This document shows, one piece after another, positions 1 through 7,221 of a stretch of 20,000 nt of DNA. Location of the stretch: IMG/VR virus record IMGVR_UViG_3300035136_000035; one strand, written 5' to 3'. The notes beneath the pieces were generated by a model, which searched no databases, was not told the origin of the DNA, and worked only from the letters and a program-made list of their open reading frames with translations. This DNA comes from an uncultured virus (IMG/VR IMGVR_UViG_3300035136_000035) (Duplodnaviria; Heunggongvirae; Uroviricota; Caudoviricetes). Within the stretch, counting starts at the first letter, position 1. Each line of letters begins with the position of its first letter. Position numbers and translations under genes: made by a program.

Positions 1-1
1 T

Positions 2-274
2 GTTTTAACTGCAAAAGAAGATGACAACAAAGTATCCTGGACAGAAGGTGCTTCTTTAGCACTTAAGTATGGTGGAGATGCTTTTAATTTTTTTAAATCT
101 CTCCCGGAAGTAGGAAATGAAATTGCTGATATTGATTCAGCAGAAGGAGAAGAAGTAGCAACTGCTATTGAAGGATTTTTCCCGAATAATCCAAAAGCCA
201 AAGAAGGTGCAAAGAAATGTATTCAAGCTGCTATTTTGATGAAAGAAGGTTTGACTGAATTGGTTGGAAAGTAA
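2..274 (+). CDS. Partial hypothetical protein (5' end outside window), ...VLTAKEDDNKVSWTEG...GLTELVGK
   Basis: Hand-translated open frame from base 2 to TAA at 272-274, followed by a terminator hairpin. Confidence 0.75.
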   Translation, partial: VLTAKEDDNKVSWTEGASLALKYGGDAFNFFKSLPEVGNEIADIDSAEGEEVATAIEGFFPNNPKAKEGAKKCIQAAILMKEGLTELVGK

Positions 275-291
275 AATTCATTCATTTTATT

Positions 292-319
292 AATCCCATC
301 TTTTACGATGGGATTTTTT
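292..319 (+). terminator. Rho-independent terminator
   Basis: 9-bp stem AATCCCATC (292-300) / GATGGGATT (307-315), 6-nt loop, T run after it, just downstream of a stop codon. Confidence 0.75.
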
Positions 320-342
320 ATATCATAATTTAAATTATAATC

Positions 343-1020
343 ATGAAATTATCTATATCAAAAAATAAAATTATAGTTGGTATTATTTTATTATTATTAA
401 TAAGTAATGGCTTATTTTTTAAAATGTACAGAAAACAAGTAAAGACTAAAAATTCTATTAGAAATAATTATATAGCAATTACAGACAGTCTAAAAATATA
501 TAAATCTAAATCTGGTAATTATTATGTCCAGGCTAAAGAATTAACATTTCGTGTTCGGGAATTAAAGGAAACTGTTAATAGTAAAGATTCATTATTATCA
601 TCAATTCATTTTTCAATAAAAGACAAGGATAAACAAATCAGGACATTGAAAGATTTATTATACGTATATATAGAAAATGAAGGAAAAGGAGAAGGAAAAC
701 TAGAAGAAGTTAAACAAGGCATAGGTACTGATTATGGGTTTGAAATATCAGAAGAAAAATGCAAAGAATTAATCATTGATGATGGATATTTAAATTTACA
801 GGCATTAATTTGTATTGACCAAGAAAATTCTCCTTATTCATATACCGATAATATATATGTAGAAGTAATAACAGATGTATATAGAAAGCCAAATAAAAAT
901 GGCAAACAAGTAATTATTCCTTTCAGGTGGTTCAGGAAATGGATTGGCCGTACTACTGTATCTTCACAAAATCCTAATTCACAAGTAAAATCAGCTACTA
1001 AAGTAAATATTATAAAATAA
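343..1020 (+). CDS. Membrane-anchored coiled-coil protein, possibly a lysis accessory (Rz/spanin-like)
   Basis: N-terminal hydrophobic helix IIVGIILLLLISNGLFF followed by a coiled-coil-like segment. Function is inferred from architecture only. Confidence 0.45.
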   Translation: MKLSISKNKIIVGIILLLLISNGLFFKMYRKQVKTKNSIRNNYIAITDSLKIYKSKSGNYYVQAKELTFRVRELKETVNSKDSLLSSIHFSIKDKDKQIRTLKDLLYVYIENEGKGEGKLEEVKQGIGTDYGFEISEEKCKELIIDDGYLNLQALICIDQENSPYSYTDNIYVEVITDVYRKPNKNGKQVIIPFRWFRKWIGRTTVSSQNPNSQVKSATKVNIIK

Positions 1021-1031
1021 TTATAAACTTT

Positions 1032-1075
1032 TTATACAAATTTGTATAATTGAATTAATATTTTACTTATCTTTG
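1032..1075 (+). promoter_or_regulatory. Bacteroidetes-type promoter with overlapping 18-bp palindrome (candidate operator)
   Basis: TAnnTTTG -7 element TATCTTTG at 1068-1075. TTTG at 1041-1044 (23-nt spacer, longer than typical). Perfect palindrome TTATACAAATTTGTATAA at 1032-1049. Confidence 0.55.
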
Positions 1076-1110
1076 TATATAGTTTTTTCATAGGGTTATT
1101 TGATTTAGTT

Positions 1111-1281
1111 AGTTCTTTGACAATCTGTATGAAAAGATGCATATCATCAGTAGATACAAACGAATAGCTTGAGCGATTGAGATAAGCCCCTCACAATATT
1201 TGTAATGGAGTGAGCATCGTAAATAAAAAATAGGCAAATCAAGACAAACGTCCCTGTACAAATTCTACCATATAGATTGTC
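1111..1281 (+). ncRNA. Candidate structured 5' leader or ncRNA preceded by a boxA-like motif
   Basis: AGTTCTTTGA at 1111-1120. GACAATCTGTATG (1119-1131) pairs with CATATAGATTGTC (1269-1281), 13 bp including one G:U. Short internal stems are also possible. Confidence 0.4.
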
Positions 1282-1296
1282 TTTTAAATTAAAATT

Positions 1297-1524
1297 ATGG
1301 ATAATAAAGAATGGGAAAAAATAAAAAAAGAAAGAGAACAGAAAATTAATAAATTTGCAAAAGAATTAAAAAAATTAATGAATAAACATAAAATTACTTT
1401 TGCAGAAAATGAGCAGTATGATGGACATGAAAATTATTGTGGTAGTGATTTATATTTCGCGGTAGACGGAGAGATATATTGGAGTAAAATGGTTGCAGAA
1501 ATATTAAATGAATTATATGAATGA
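1297..1524 (+). CDS. Hypothetical protein
   Basis: ORF track; aaaattATG start; first gene of the rightward operon. Confidence 0.7.
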   Translation: MDNKEWEKIKKEREQKINKFAKELKKLMNKHKITFAENEQYDGHENYCGSDLYFAVDGEIYWSKMVAEILNELYE

Positions 1525-1855
1525 TTTTTTAATTCAACCTCATAAAATAGATGAAGATTTTTTATTAGAAATTAGTAATAAAACAGGAGTTTATTTAGAC
1601 CAAGTAAAATATATATTTAGGCATAATGTTATGTCAATAGACCAGATGGCTTTTTTACTTCGTAGAAGTAGGATGGTAATAAATTATGCTTTACAAAGTA
1701 AGATTGATTCAAAAACAAAAGAAGAAATTGAACCTTCATTAACATCAATTAATCCATTTCAAACTGCAATTAATCCAGGACAAACATTAATTGTTATTGA
1801 TGATAAATGTATTGAATTTATTAAGCATAAATTAAGAATGGTAAAATTTTATTAA
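1508..1855 (+). CDS. Hypothetical protein, possible HTH DNA-binding regulator
   Basis: Segment MSIDQMAFLLRRSRMVINYAL resembles a helix-turn-helix; weak support. Confidence 0.4.
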   Translation: MNYMNDFLIQPHKIDEDFLLEISNKTGVYLDQVKYIFRHNVMSIDQMAFLLRRSRMVINYALQSKIDSKTKEEIEPSLTSINPFQTAINPGQTLIVIDDKCIEFIKHKLRMVKFY

Positions 1856-1856
1856 C

Positions 1857-2201
1857 ATGAAAGAATTAATATTAGGGAATTACAAAATAGAAAGTGATAA
1901 ATTTGGATTTATTATTTCAGAAAAGAAAATAAATAAAGGTCAATCTAAAAACAAAAAAAGTAATCCTGATAATATTGGTAAGGAATATTTTACTTATCAT
2001 ACTTATCATTCAAATATTGAAAGTGTAGTAACTAATCTATTAGAAAGAGGGGCAAGAGAATATATAGACGATTTAAAAAAAATGTTTTCTTTTTATGTGA
2101 AGATTAAAAATTCATTTCATAATTTTTTGGAATTAGAATTACAACGAAACATAACGTCAAAAGATAAAGCAAGTGTTTATAAAAGCACTAAAGTAACATA
2201 G
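1857..2201 (+). CDS. Phage hypothetical protein; C-terminus runs into the first attC-like site
   Basis: ORF track; the last ~16 codons lie within the element at 2149-2227. Confidence 0.7.
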   Translation: MKELILGNYKIESDKFGFIISEKKINKGQSKNKKSNPDNIGKEYFTYHTYHSNIESVVTNLLERGAREYIDDLKKMFSFYVKIKNSFHNFLELELQRNITSKDKASVYKSTKVT

Positions 2202-2227
2202 CGCATTAATTTTATACATTGTTATAC
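2149..2227 (-). repeat. attC-like site C1 (arms poorly matched, probably chimeric)
   Basis: ATAAC (2151-2155)...GTTAT (2221-2225). Right arm AATTTTATACATTGTTA (2208-2224) is identical to 2771-2787 in C3. Confidence 0.6.
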
Positions 2228-2239
2228 GCTTTTAATTAG

Positions 2240-2476
2240 GTGATTATGAATTTATTTAAGCAAAGAAAAACAACCCTATATAATGGGCAAAAAGTAAAAG
2301 AAGGCGATAAAGTATACTTCATAAATTCAGACGGTGTTAAATGTGAAGGATTAATTGAAAGAAGGCTTTTTGATTGCGTTCATTCAGATACAAATGAGAG
2401 GTTGAAAAAAGGCACATTATTCTTTTGGAACAACTCATTTAAGCCTTCTGATTATAGAAGTTTGGTTGTGTCTTAA
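2240..2476 (+). CDS. Cassette-borne hypothetical protein (ATG at 2246 is a likely start)
   Basis: ORF sits between C1 and C2. Confidence 0.7.
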   Translation: MIMNLFKQRKTTLYNGQKVKEGDKVYFINSDGVKCEGLIERRLFDCVHSDTNERLKKGTLFFWNNSFKPSDYRSLVVS

Positions 2477-2480
2477 TTGC

Positions 2481-2572
2481 ACACAAAGGACAGCGGTAAG
2501 AGTAGGCCGCTTTGTAGACTGCTCAAATTTAGTAATAGCTTTCATGCGGCTTACTTTTACCGCATGTTATAA
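2481..2572 (-). repeat. attC-like site C2 (core AAC changed to AAA)
   Basis: ACACAAA-GGACA-GCGGTAAGAGTAGGCCGC (2493-2510) ... GCGGCTTACTTTTACCGC (2546-2563)-AT-GTTA. 18-bp stem with 2 G:T positions. Confidence 0.75.
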
Positions 2573-2584
2573 ATTGTAAAAATT

Positions 2585-2740
2585 ATGGACGAATTTGAAG
2601 TACAATGTAATGAGTGCGATTGGCAAGGTTATGCACTTGATTTAGTAAGCAAAACAGCAGATTTAGACGACAAAGATTTTAAATACTGTCCTAATTGCGG
2701 GTCGGACGATATAGATGATATTGATTATGAAGATTATTAA
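2585..2740 (+). CDS. Cassette-borne 51-aa acidic zinc-ribbon protein MDEFEVQCNECDWQG...YCPNCGSDDIDDIDYEDY
   Basis: Hand-translated, absent from the ORF track. Two CxxC pairs; fills the interval between C2 and C3. Confidence 0.75.
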   Translation: MDEFEVQCNECDWQGYALDLVSKTADLDDKDFKYCPNCGSDDIDDIDYEDY

Positions 2741-2790
2741 TAACGTTGAGTATAAAATTTCGTTTTAATGAATTTTATACATTGTTACCG
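2738..2790 (-). repeat. attC-like site C3 (minimal)
   Basis: TAAC (2741-2744)-GTTGA-GTATAAAATT ... AATTTTATAC-ATT-GTTA (2784-2787); perfect 10-bp stem. Confidence 0.75.
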
Positions 2791-2832
2791 TGTCGTTTTG
2801 TGCGGTGGTAGTGTATAGCAAAATAAATAAAT

Positions 2833-3036
2833 ATGATTATAGATAATAGTAGATATTACGACACAGATGTACATTGTAGTACATGTGGAAAGGTTTACAG
2901 ACCTTCTAAAGATGCAGATATTAAAGAAAAGCTTAATGTACCTCCATTAGTTGCAAATATTTTTTGCAGCAGAGAGTGTAAAGAGAAGTACGATGAATTT
3001 TTAGAACAAAACCGAGCGGTGGCAAATGCACGGTAA
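2833..3036 (+). CDS. Cassette-borne small zinc-finger protein (CxxC...FCSxxC)
   Basis: CSTCGK and FCSREC motifs. The stop codon TAA is part of the TAAC core of C4. Confidence 0.7.
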   Translation: MIIDNSRYYDTDVHCSTCGKVYRPSKDADIKEKLNVPPLVANIFCSRECKEKYDEFLEQNRAVANAR

Positions 3037-3260
3037 CGGACAGGTATATGAGCCGTGCGGATTAACCCACGGACAATCGAACGAGGTACATAGTAATAAT
3101 TTTAAAATATTTTTTAGGGATGGAAAAATCTACAGAAACATTAGTAAAAATGATTGAATTAAATAATTCAATTAATCAGGTTAATAAAGAAAATGAAATG
3201 ACAAAAAATAACGAAACTCCAGCAACCGACAAGGCTATGCAATATGAGTCTGTGTTAGCA
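3031..3260 (-). repeat. attC-like site C4 (long loop carrying the start of the next gene; arms degenerate)
   Basis: TAAC at 3034-3037 and GTTA at 3254-3257. Each core matches its cassette partner end (9/9 and 13/14). Inner arms are only partly complementary (AGCCGTGCGG vs CCGACAAGGCT). Confidence 0.6.
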
Positions 3261-3401
3261 AACGTTTTATCAAATACAGACCATTGGTTTGACTGCAATT
3301 TGAGAGCTTTGCTTGGCGCAGAAATAGCCCTTATTAAAAAGGGGAAAAAGAAACAGATTGACAGAAAAATGTTAGCAGACTGGATTACTAACCACCTTTA
3401 A
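3120..3401 (+). CDS. Cassette-borne hypothetical protein starting inside C4 (alternative start 3198)
   Basis: Frame reads through the C4 arm as ...TPATDKAMQYESVLANV... Confidence 0.6.
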   Translation: MEKSTETLVKMIELNNSINQVNKENEMTKNNETPATDKAMQYESVLANVLSNTDHWFDCNLRALLGAEIALIKKGKKKQIDRKMLADWITNHL

Positions 3402-3409
3402 ATGTTTGC

Positions 3410-3455
3410 TAACTTGTTTATATAAACAATGAAAAATATTTCACTAATGGAAAAC
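3410..3455 (-). repeat. attI-like site of the left array
   Basis: 45/46 identical to the reverse complement of 18607-18652. Identity ends at the GTTA core. Contains the perfect palindrome TTGTTTATATAAACAA (3414-3429). The repeat is certain; the attI role is inferred. Confidence 0.6.
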
Positions 3456-3504
3456 TCTGAACAGGTAAGGAATAGAATAGTTGAACTCGTAAAAATTTAA
3501 AATT

Positions 3505-3735
3505 ATGACAGATTTAAAAAACGATATTATATTATTTAATAAGTGGTTATTCGATAATAATTTTATTCCTAATAATTCTTTTTTATGGTTTGATCACACA
3601 AAAAGTATAGATGAAATATTATTTTTTGAATTAGAAGAATTATTTGATGCATTTAACAATGGATTAACTATTGAAGAATTAATACAAAAAAAGAATAATG
3701 ATATAAAAATTTTTTTTAATAAATATTGTTTATGA
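3505..3735 (+). CDS. Hypothetical protein
   Basis: ORF track; aaaattATG start. Confidence 0.65.
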   Translation: MTDLKNDIILFNKWLFDNNFIPNNSFLWFDHTKSIDEILFFELEELFDAFNNGLTIEELIQKKNNDIKIFFNKYCL

Positions 3736-4394
3736 ATATGATAGAAAATAATTATTTAACAAATATTCCAAAAGATGTTTCAAATTATGGATTATGCAAA
3801 GTATTTGCTGTAAGGAGAGAAATAATACATATAAAACATATTTTAACTGAAATATTCGTTAGAAGAACTATTGATATTGAATATTATTTAATACAATTAG
3901 ATATGTCATTATTTAGTTATATTGAATATATTACAAATAGAATTAGGAAAATACATCATTTTACAAGAAAATACTTTAATGATATTGATAAAATTATAAA
4001 GGATGATAGAGATAAATTTTTCCCTACATTGAATTTATATAAAGGATTAAATAATTGTATTGTTTTAGATTTTGATGATGTTATAACTAAAAATAATTTT
4101 AATGAACTTTATGAACTATGTTGTATAAGATCAATAGTTCATGTATGTTCAGCGAATCCTACTATTGATATTAGCTTTTTTAATAAAAGAGGATTAAGTA
4201 TTCCATATCAAATTCATTCTATGAAAGGTAAAATAAAAAAGATAAAAAGATTATTAGAGATACAAAAAAAATATGATTATGTTTTTTATGTAGATAATGA
4301 GATTGAATATTTAAAATTTGCATGGATATTTGGGATTCAAACATATCATTGGAATAACAAAGAAATAAAATATTTTTCTCTTAAAAGTAGATAA
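3726..4394 (+). CDS. HAD-superfamily-like protein (C-terminal phosphatase-like domain)
   Basis: IVLDFDDVIT (motif I DxD), VCSAN (motif II), VFYVDNEIEYLKFAWIFGIQTYHW (motif IV-like). Confidence 0.55.
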   Translation: MFMNMIENNYLTNIPKDVSNYGLCKVFAVRREIIHIKHILTEIFVRRTIDIEYYLIQLDMSLFSYIEYITNRIRKIHHFTRKYFNDIDKIIKDDRDKFFPTLNLYKGLNNCIVLDFDDVITKNNFNELYELCCIRSIVHVCSANPTIDISFFNKRGLSIPYQIHSMKGKIKKIKRLLEIQKKYDYVFYVDNEIEYLKFAWIFGIQTYHWNNKEIKYFSLKSR

Positions 4395-6857
4395 ATGAAA
4401 CCTATTTTACAAAATATTGATTTTGGTAAATTACCACCTTCTGCAATTGATATAGAATGTGCTATTTTAGGGGCTGTTTTAAATTATCCAGAATCATTAA
4501 ATGAAATAACAGATATATTAATTCCAGAATCATTTTATAAGGATGAACATCAGAAGATATATTCAGCCATATTAGAACTTGATAGGAACGATAATAAGAT
4601 TGATATATTGACAGTTCAAGAAGAATTAAGAAAAAAAAATGAACTTGAAGATATAGGCGGTCCTGTATATATAACAGGATTGATTTCAAAAGTAATATCT
4701 TCTTCTCATATATTAGAACATGCACGTATAATAAAGGAAAAATATTTAGCTAGGGAATTAATTATGATATCTTCTGAAATTAATACTATGGCATTTGATG
4801 ATTCAGTAGACATATCTGATCGTATAGATAGAGCTAATCAATTATTTGATGACTTTAATGAGTTAGCAGCCGGCAAGTCATATTTTAAACATTTAAATGG
4901 AGTCCTTAATAAAGTTATGGAAATATTTGTAAAGAGAGAGGCATTGGCAAAAGAAGGTAAATTGGTAGGATTAAGAACTCCTTTAAAGGAACTTAATAAG
5001 TTAACTGGCGGATGGAGAAGTGAGTTGATTATTATTGCTGCTCGCCCTGGGGCGGGAAAATGTCTTGGAAGAGGGACAAAGATATTAATGTATGATGGAA
5101 GTTATAAATGTGTTGAAAATATTAATAAGAATGATTTGCTAATGGGAATTGATTCAAAACCACGAAAAGTATTACAAACTTGTATTGGAATTGATCAAAT
5201 GTATCTTATTAAACAAAAAAATGGATATAATTATAGATGTAATGGAAATCATATATTATCATTAAAAGTTAGTGGAAAAGATTTTCAAAAAACGTATGGT
5301 AAATTATATAATATATCTGTTAAAGATTATTTTAATTTACCAAATAGATTACAAGATAAATTAAAAGGGTATAAAATTGGGATTGAATTTGAAGAAAATA
5401 ATGATTTATTAATACCACCTTATTTATTAGGAGTATGGTTAGCTGATGGATCATCATCAAAATCAGTAATACATAATCCAGATATAGAAATTGAAGAATA
5501 TATAAAACAATATTGTTATGAGAACAATTTTAAGTATTCAAAAAAAATATATGATTTAAAAAACTGTCCAGAACATCGGATAACTGGAGAGTATTATAGA
5601 AATTTTTTACAATTACTTAGAAAATTAAATATATTAAATAATAAACATATTCCGAAAGAATATCTTATTAATTCAAGAAAAAACAGATTAGAATTATTGG
5701 CAGGTTTATTAGATGGAGATGGTTATAGATATGGTTTTTCTTATGAAATATCTCAAAAAAGAGAAATATTAGCACAGCAAATATTATATCTGTCAAATAC
5801 ATTGGGATTTGGAACATCTATATCGCATGAAAAGAAAAGAATAAAATCGATAGACTTTGAAGGATATTATTACAGATTACATATTAGTGGAGAAATAAAA
5901 GATATTCCTTGTAGAATTAATAGAAAAAAAGCACCTAATAGAAAAAAGTTAGCTAATTATTCAACAACTTATGGTGTTGAAATAATAAAAGATAAAATAG
6001 ATTTTTATTATGGGTTTGAATTAGACGGAGATGGATTATTTTTATTAGAAGATAATACAGTAACACATAATTCTGCAATAGCATTAGCTATATCAAAAAC
6101 ATTAGCATTTGAAAATATTCCAGTCTGTATATATAGTCTTGAAATGTCTGATTATTCGTTAGGAGAAAGGCTTGTATATGCAGAAGCAGACATGGATGAT
6201 GGAGATATATATAAGGCTAATCATGGGTACATGAATGATACTTTATGGGTGAAGATTAAAAGGTCTAAAGCAAGACTCGAAAAACTTCCTATATATATTG
6301 ATGATAATTCTTGTGTAGATGTTAATTATATAAAATCTCATTCAAGGATAATGAAGAAAAAGAATCTATGTGGTATTATTATAATAGATTATCTTCAATT
6401 AGCCTCTGGTAAAAGAGAAAGAGGCAAGAGTAAGGCTGAAATGATAAGCGATATTTGCAGGGAATTAAGAACACTAAGGAAGAATTTAGACATTCCAATT
6501 ATAGTTTTAAGCCAGTTAAATAGGGAGGTAGAAAAAAGAGGAGGAGATAAAAGACCTCAATTATCAGATATAAAAGAAAGTGGAGGTGTGGAAGAAAGTG
6601 CAGATATGATTATGTTTATTCATCGTCCAGCATATTACAATGTTCCTATTGATGAAAAAGGCAATTCGACCGAAAGAATGGGAGAACTAATAATTTCCAA
6701 GAATAAGAACGGTCCTATAGATACAATAAAATTCAGTCATAATAAAAGTCTTACTAAAATAACTGATTATTTACCAATTAAAGAAGAAAAAGAACCTGAA
6801 AAGATAAAAACACAACCGGATTTATTTAAAAATAGTTTAGATGATGTACCATTTTAA
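4395..6857 (+). CDS. dnaB: Replicative DNA helicase DnaB, intein-containing
   Basis: LPPSAIDIECAILGA N-terminus, AARPGAGK|S Walker A, SLEMS, IIIDYLQL, LSQLNREVE, RPQLSDIKESGGVEESAD, ELIISKNKNG. Confidence 0.97.
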   Translation: MKPILQNIDFGKLPPSAIDIECAILGAVLNYPESLNEITDILIPESFYKDEHQKIYSAILELDRNDNKIDILTVQEELRKKNELEDIGGPVYITGLISKVISSSHILEHARIIKEKYLARELIMISSEINTMAFDDSVDISDRIDRANQLFDDFNELAAGKSYFKHLNGVLNKVMEIFVKREALAKEGKLVGLRTPLKELNKLTGGWRSELIIIAARPGAGKCLGRGTKILMYDGSYKCVENINKNDLLMGIDSKPRKVLQTCIGIDQMYLIKQKNGYNYRCNGNHILSLKVSGKDFQKTYGKLYNISVKDYFNLPNRLQDKLKGYKIGIEFEENNDLLIPPYLLGVWLADGSSSKSVIHNPDIEIEEYIKQYCYENNFKYSKKIYDLKNCPEHRITGEYYRNFLQLLRKLNILNNKHIPKEYLINSRKNRLELLAGLLDGDGYRYGFSYEISQKREILAQQILYLSNTLGFGTSISHEKKRIKSIDFEGYYYRLHISGEIKDIPCRINRKKAPNRKKLANYSTTYGVEIIKDKIDFYYGFELDGDGLFLLEDNTVTHNSAIALAISKTLAFENIPVCIYSLEMSDYSLGERLVYAEADMDDGDIYKANHGYMNDTLWVKIKRSKARLEKLPIYIDDNSCVDVNYIKSHSRIMKKKNLCGIIIIDYLQLASGKRERGKSKAEMISDICRELRTLRKNLDIPIIVLSQLNREVEKRGGDKRPQLSDIKESGGVEESADMIMFIHRPAYYNVPIDEKGNSTERMGELIISKNKNGPIDTIKFSHNKSLTKITDYLPIKEEKEPEKIKTQPDLFKNSLDDVPF
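5061..6071 (+). mobile_element. Intein (337 aa) with LAGLIDADG homing endonuclease, inserted in the DnaB P-loop
   Basis: Starts CLGRGTKILMYDG after GK and ends VTHN followed by Ser. Block B CNGNHIL; endonuclease motifs LLGVWLADG and LLAGLLDGDG. Confidence 0.93.
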
Positions 6858-6867
6858 ATTATAAATT

Positions 6868-7221
6868 ATGAAAAACAAATTTCCAAGAGTTAAAATACCT
6901 CAATTAACATGTTTTTACAGGATGGAAATAAGACAAATATATTCTGATTATATTTTATTGCCATTTTGGAAAAGATGGATAGTATCATTATTAAATCAAA
7001 AAGAAAAATATTTATCATACCGTATTGATTTGATATGTCCTAATTTTCAGAATAAATTTAAAAAGAATGATTATTTTATGATGGGCAGGCATCAATTCAA
7101 AACGATAAGTATTGAAGAAAAATTAATCCATATAAGTACTATTGTTAAGGATTTAAGTATTTTTATACTCGATATAACACATATTCATTATTCTCACAGT
7201 TTAAATATATACAAGAAATGA
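6868..7221 (+). CDS. Hypothetical protein
   Basis: ORF track; ATGA overlap with the next gene. Confidence 0.65.
   Translation: MKNKFPRVKIPQLTCFYRMEIRQIYSDYILLPFWKRWIVSLLNQKEKYLSYRIDLICPNFQNKFKKNDYFMMGRHQFKTISIEEKLIHISTIVKDLSIFILDITHIHYSHSLNIYKK

Noticed and set aside
2149..3260. Hairpins C1-C4 (and C5-C7) as simple rho-independent terminators
   Set aside because: No consistent U tract, loops up to ~230 nt, genes start inside them, and terminators would not explain conserved AAC/GTT cores with complementary cassette ends.
3371..3392. GTTAGCAGAC...CTAAC inside ORF 3120-3401 as an extra recombination site
   Set aside because: Only 22 bp, no associated stem arms, and fully explained by coding sequence.
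4462..4725. Minus-strand 87-aa ORF
   Set aside because: Shadow ORF entirely antisense to dnaB.
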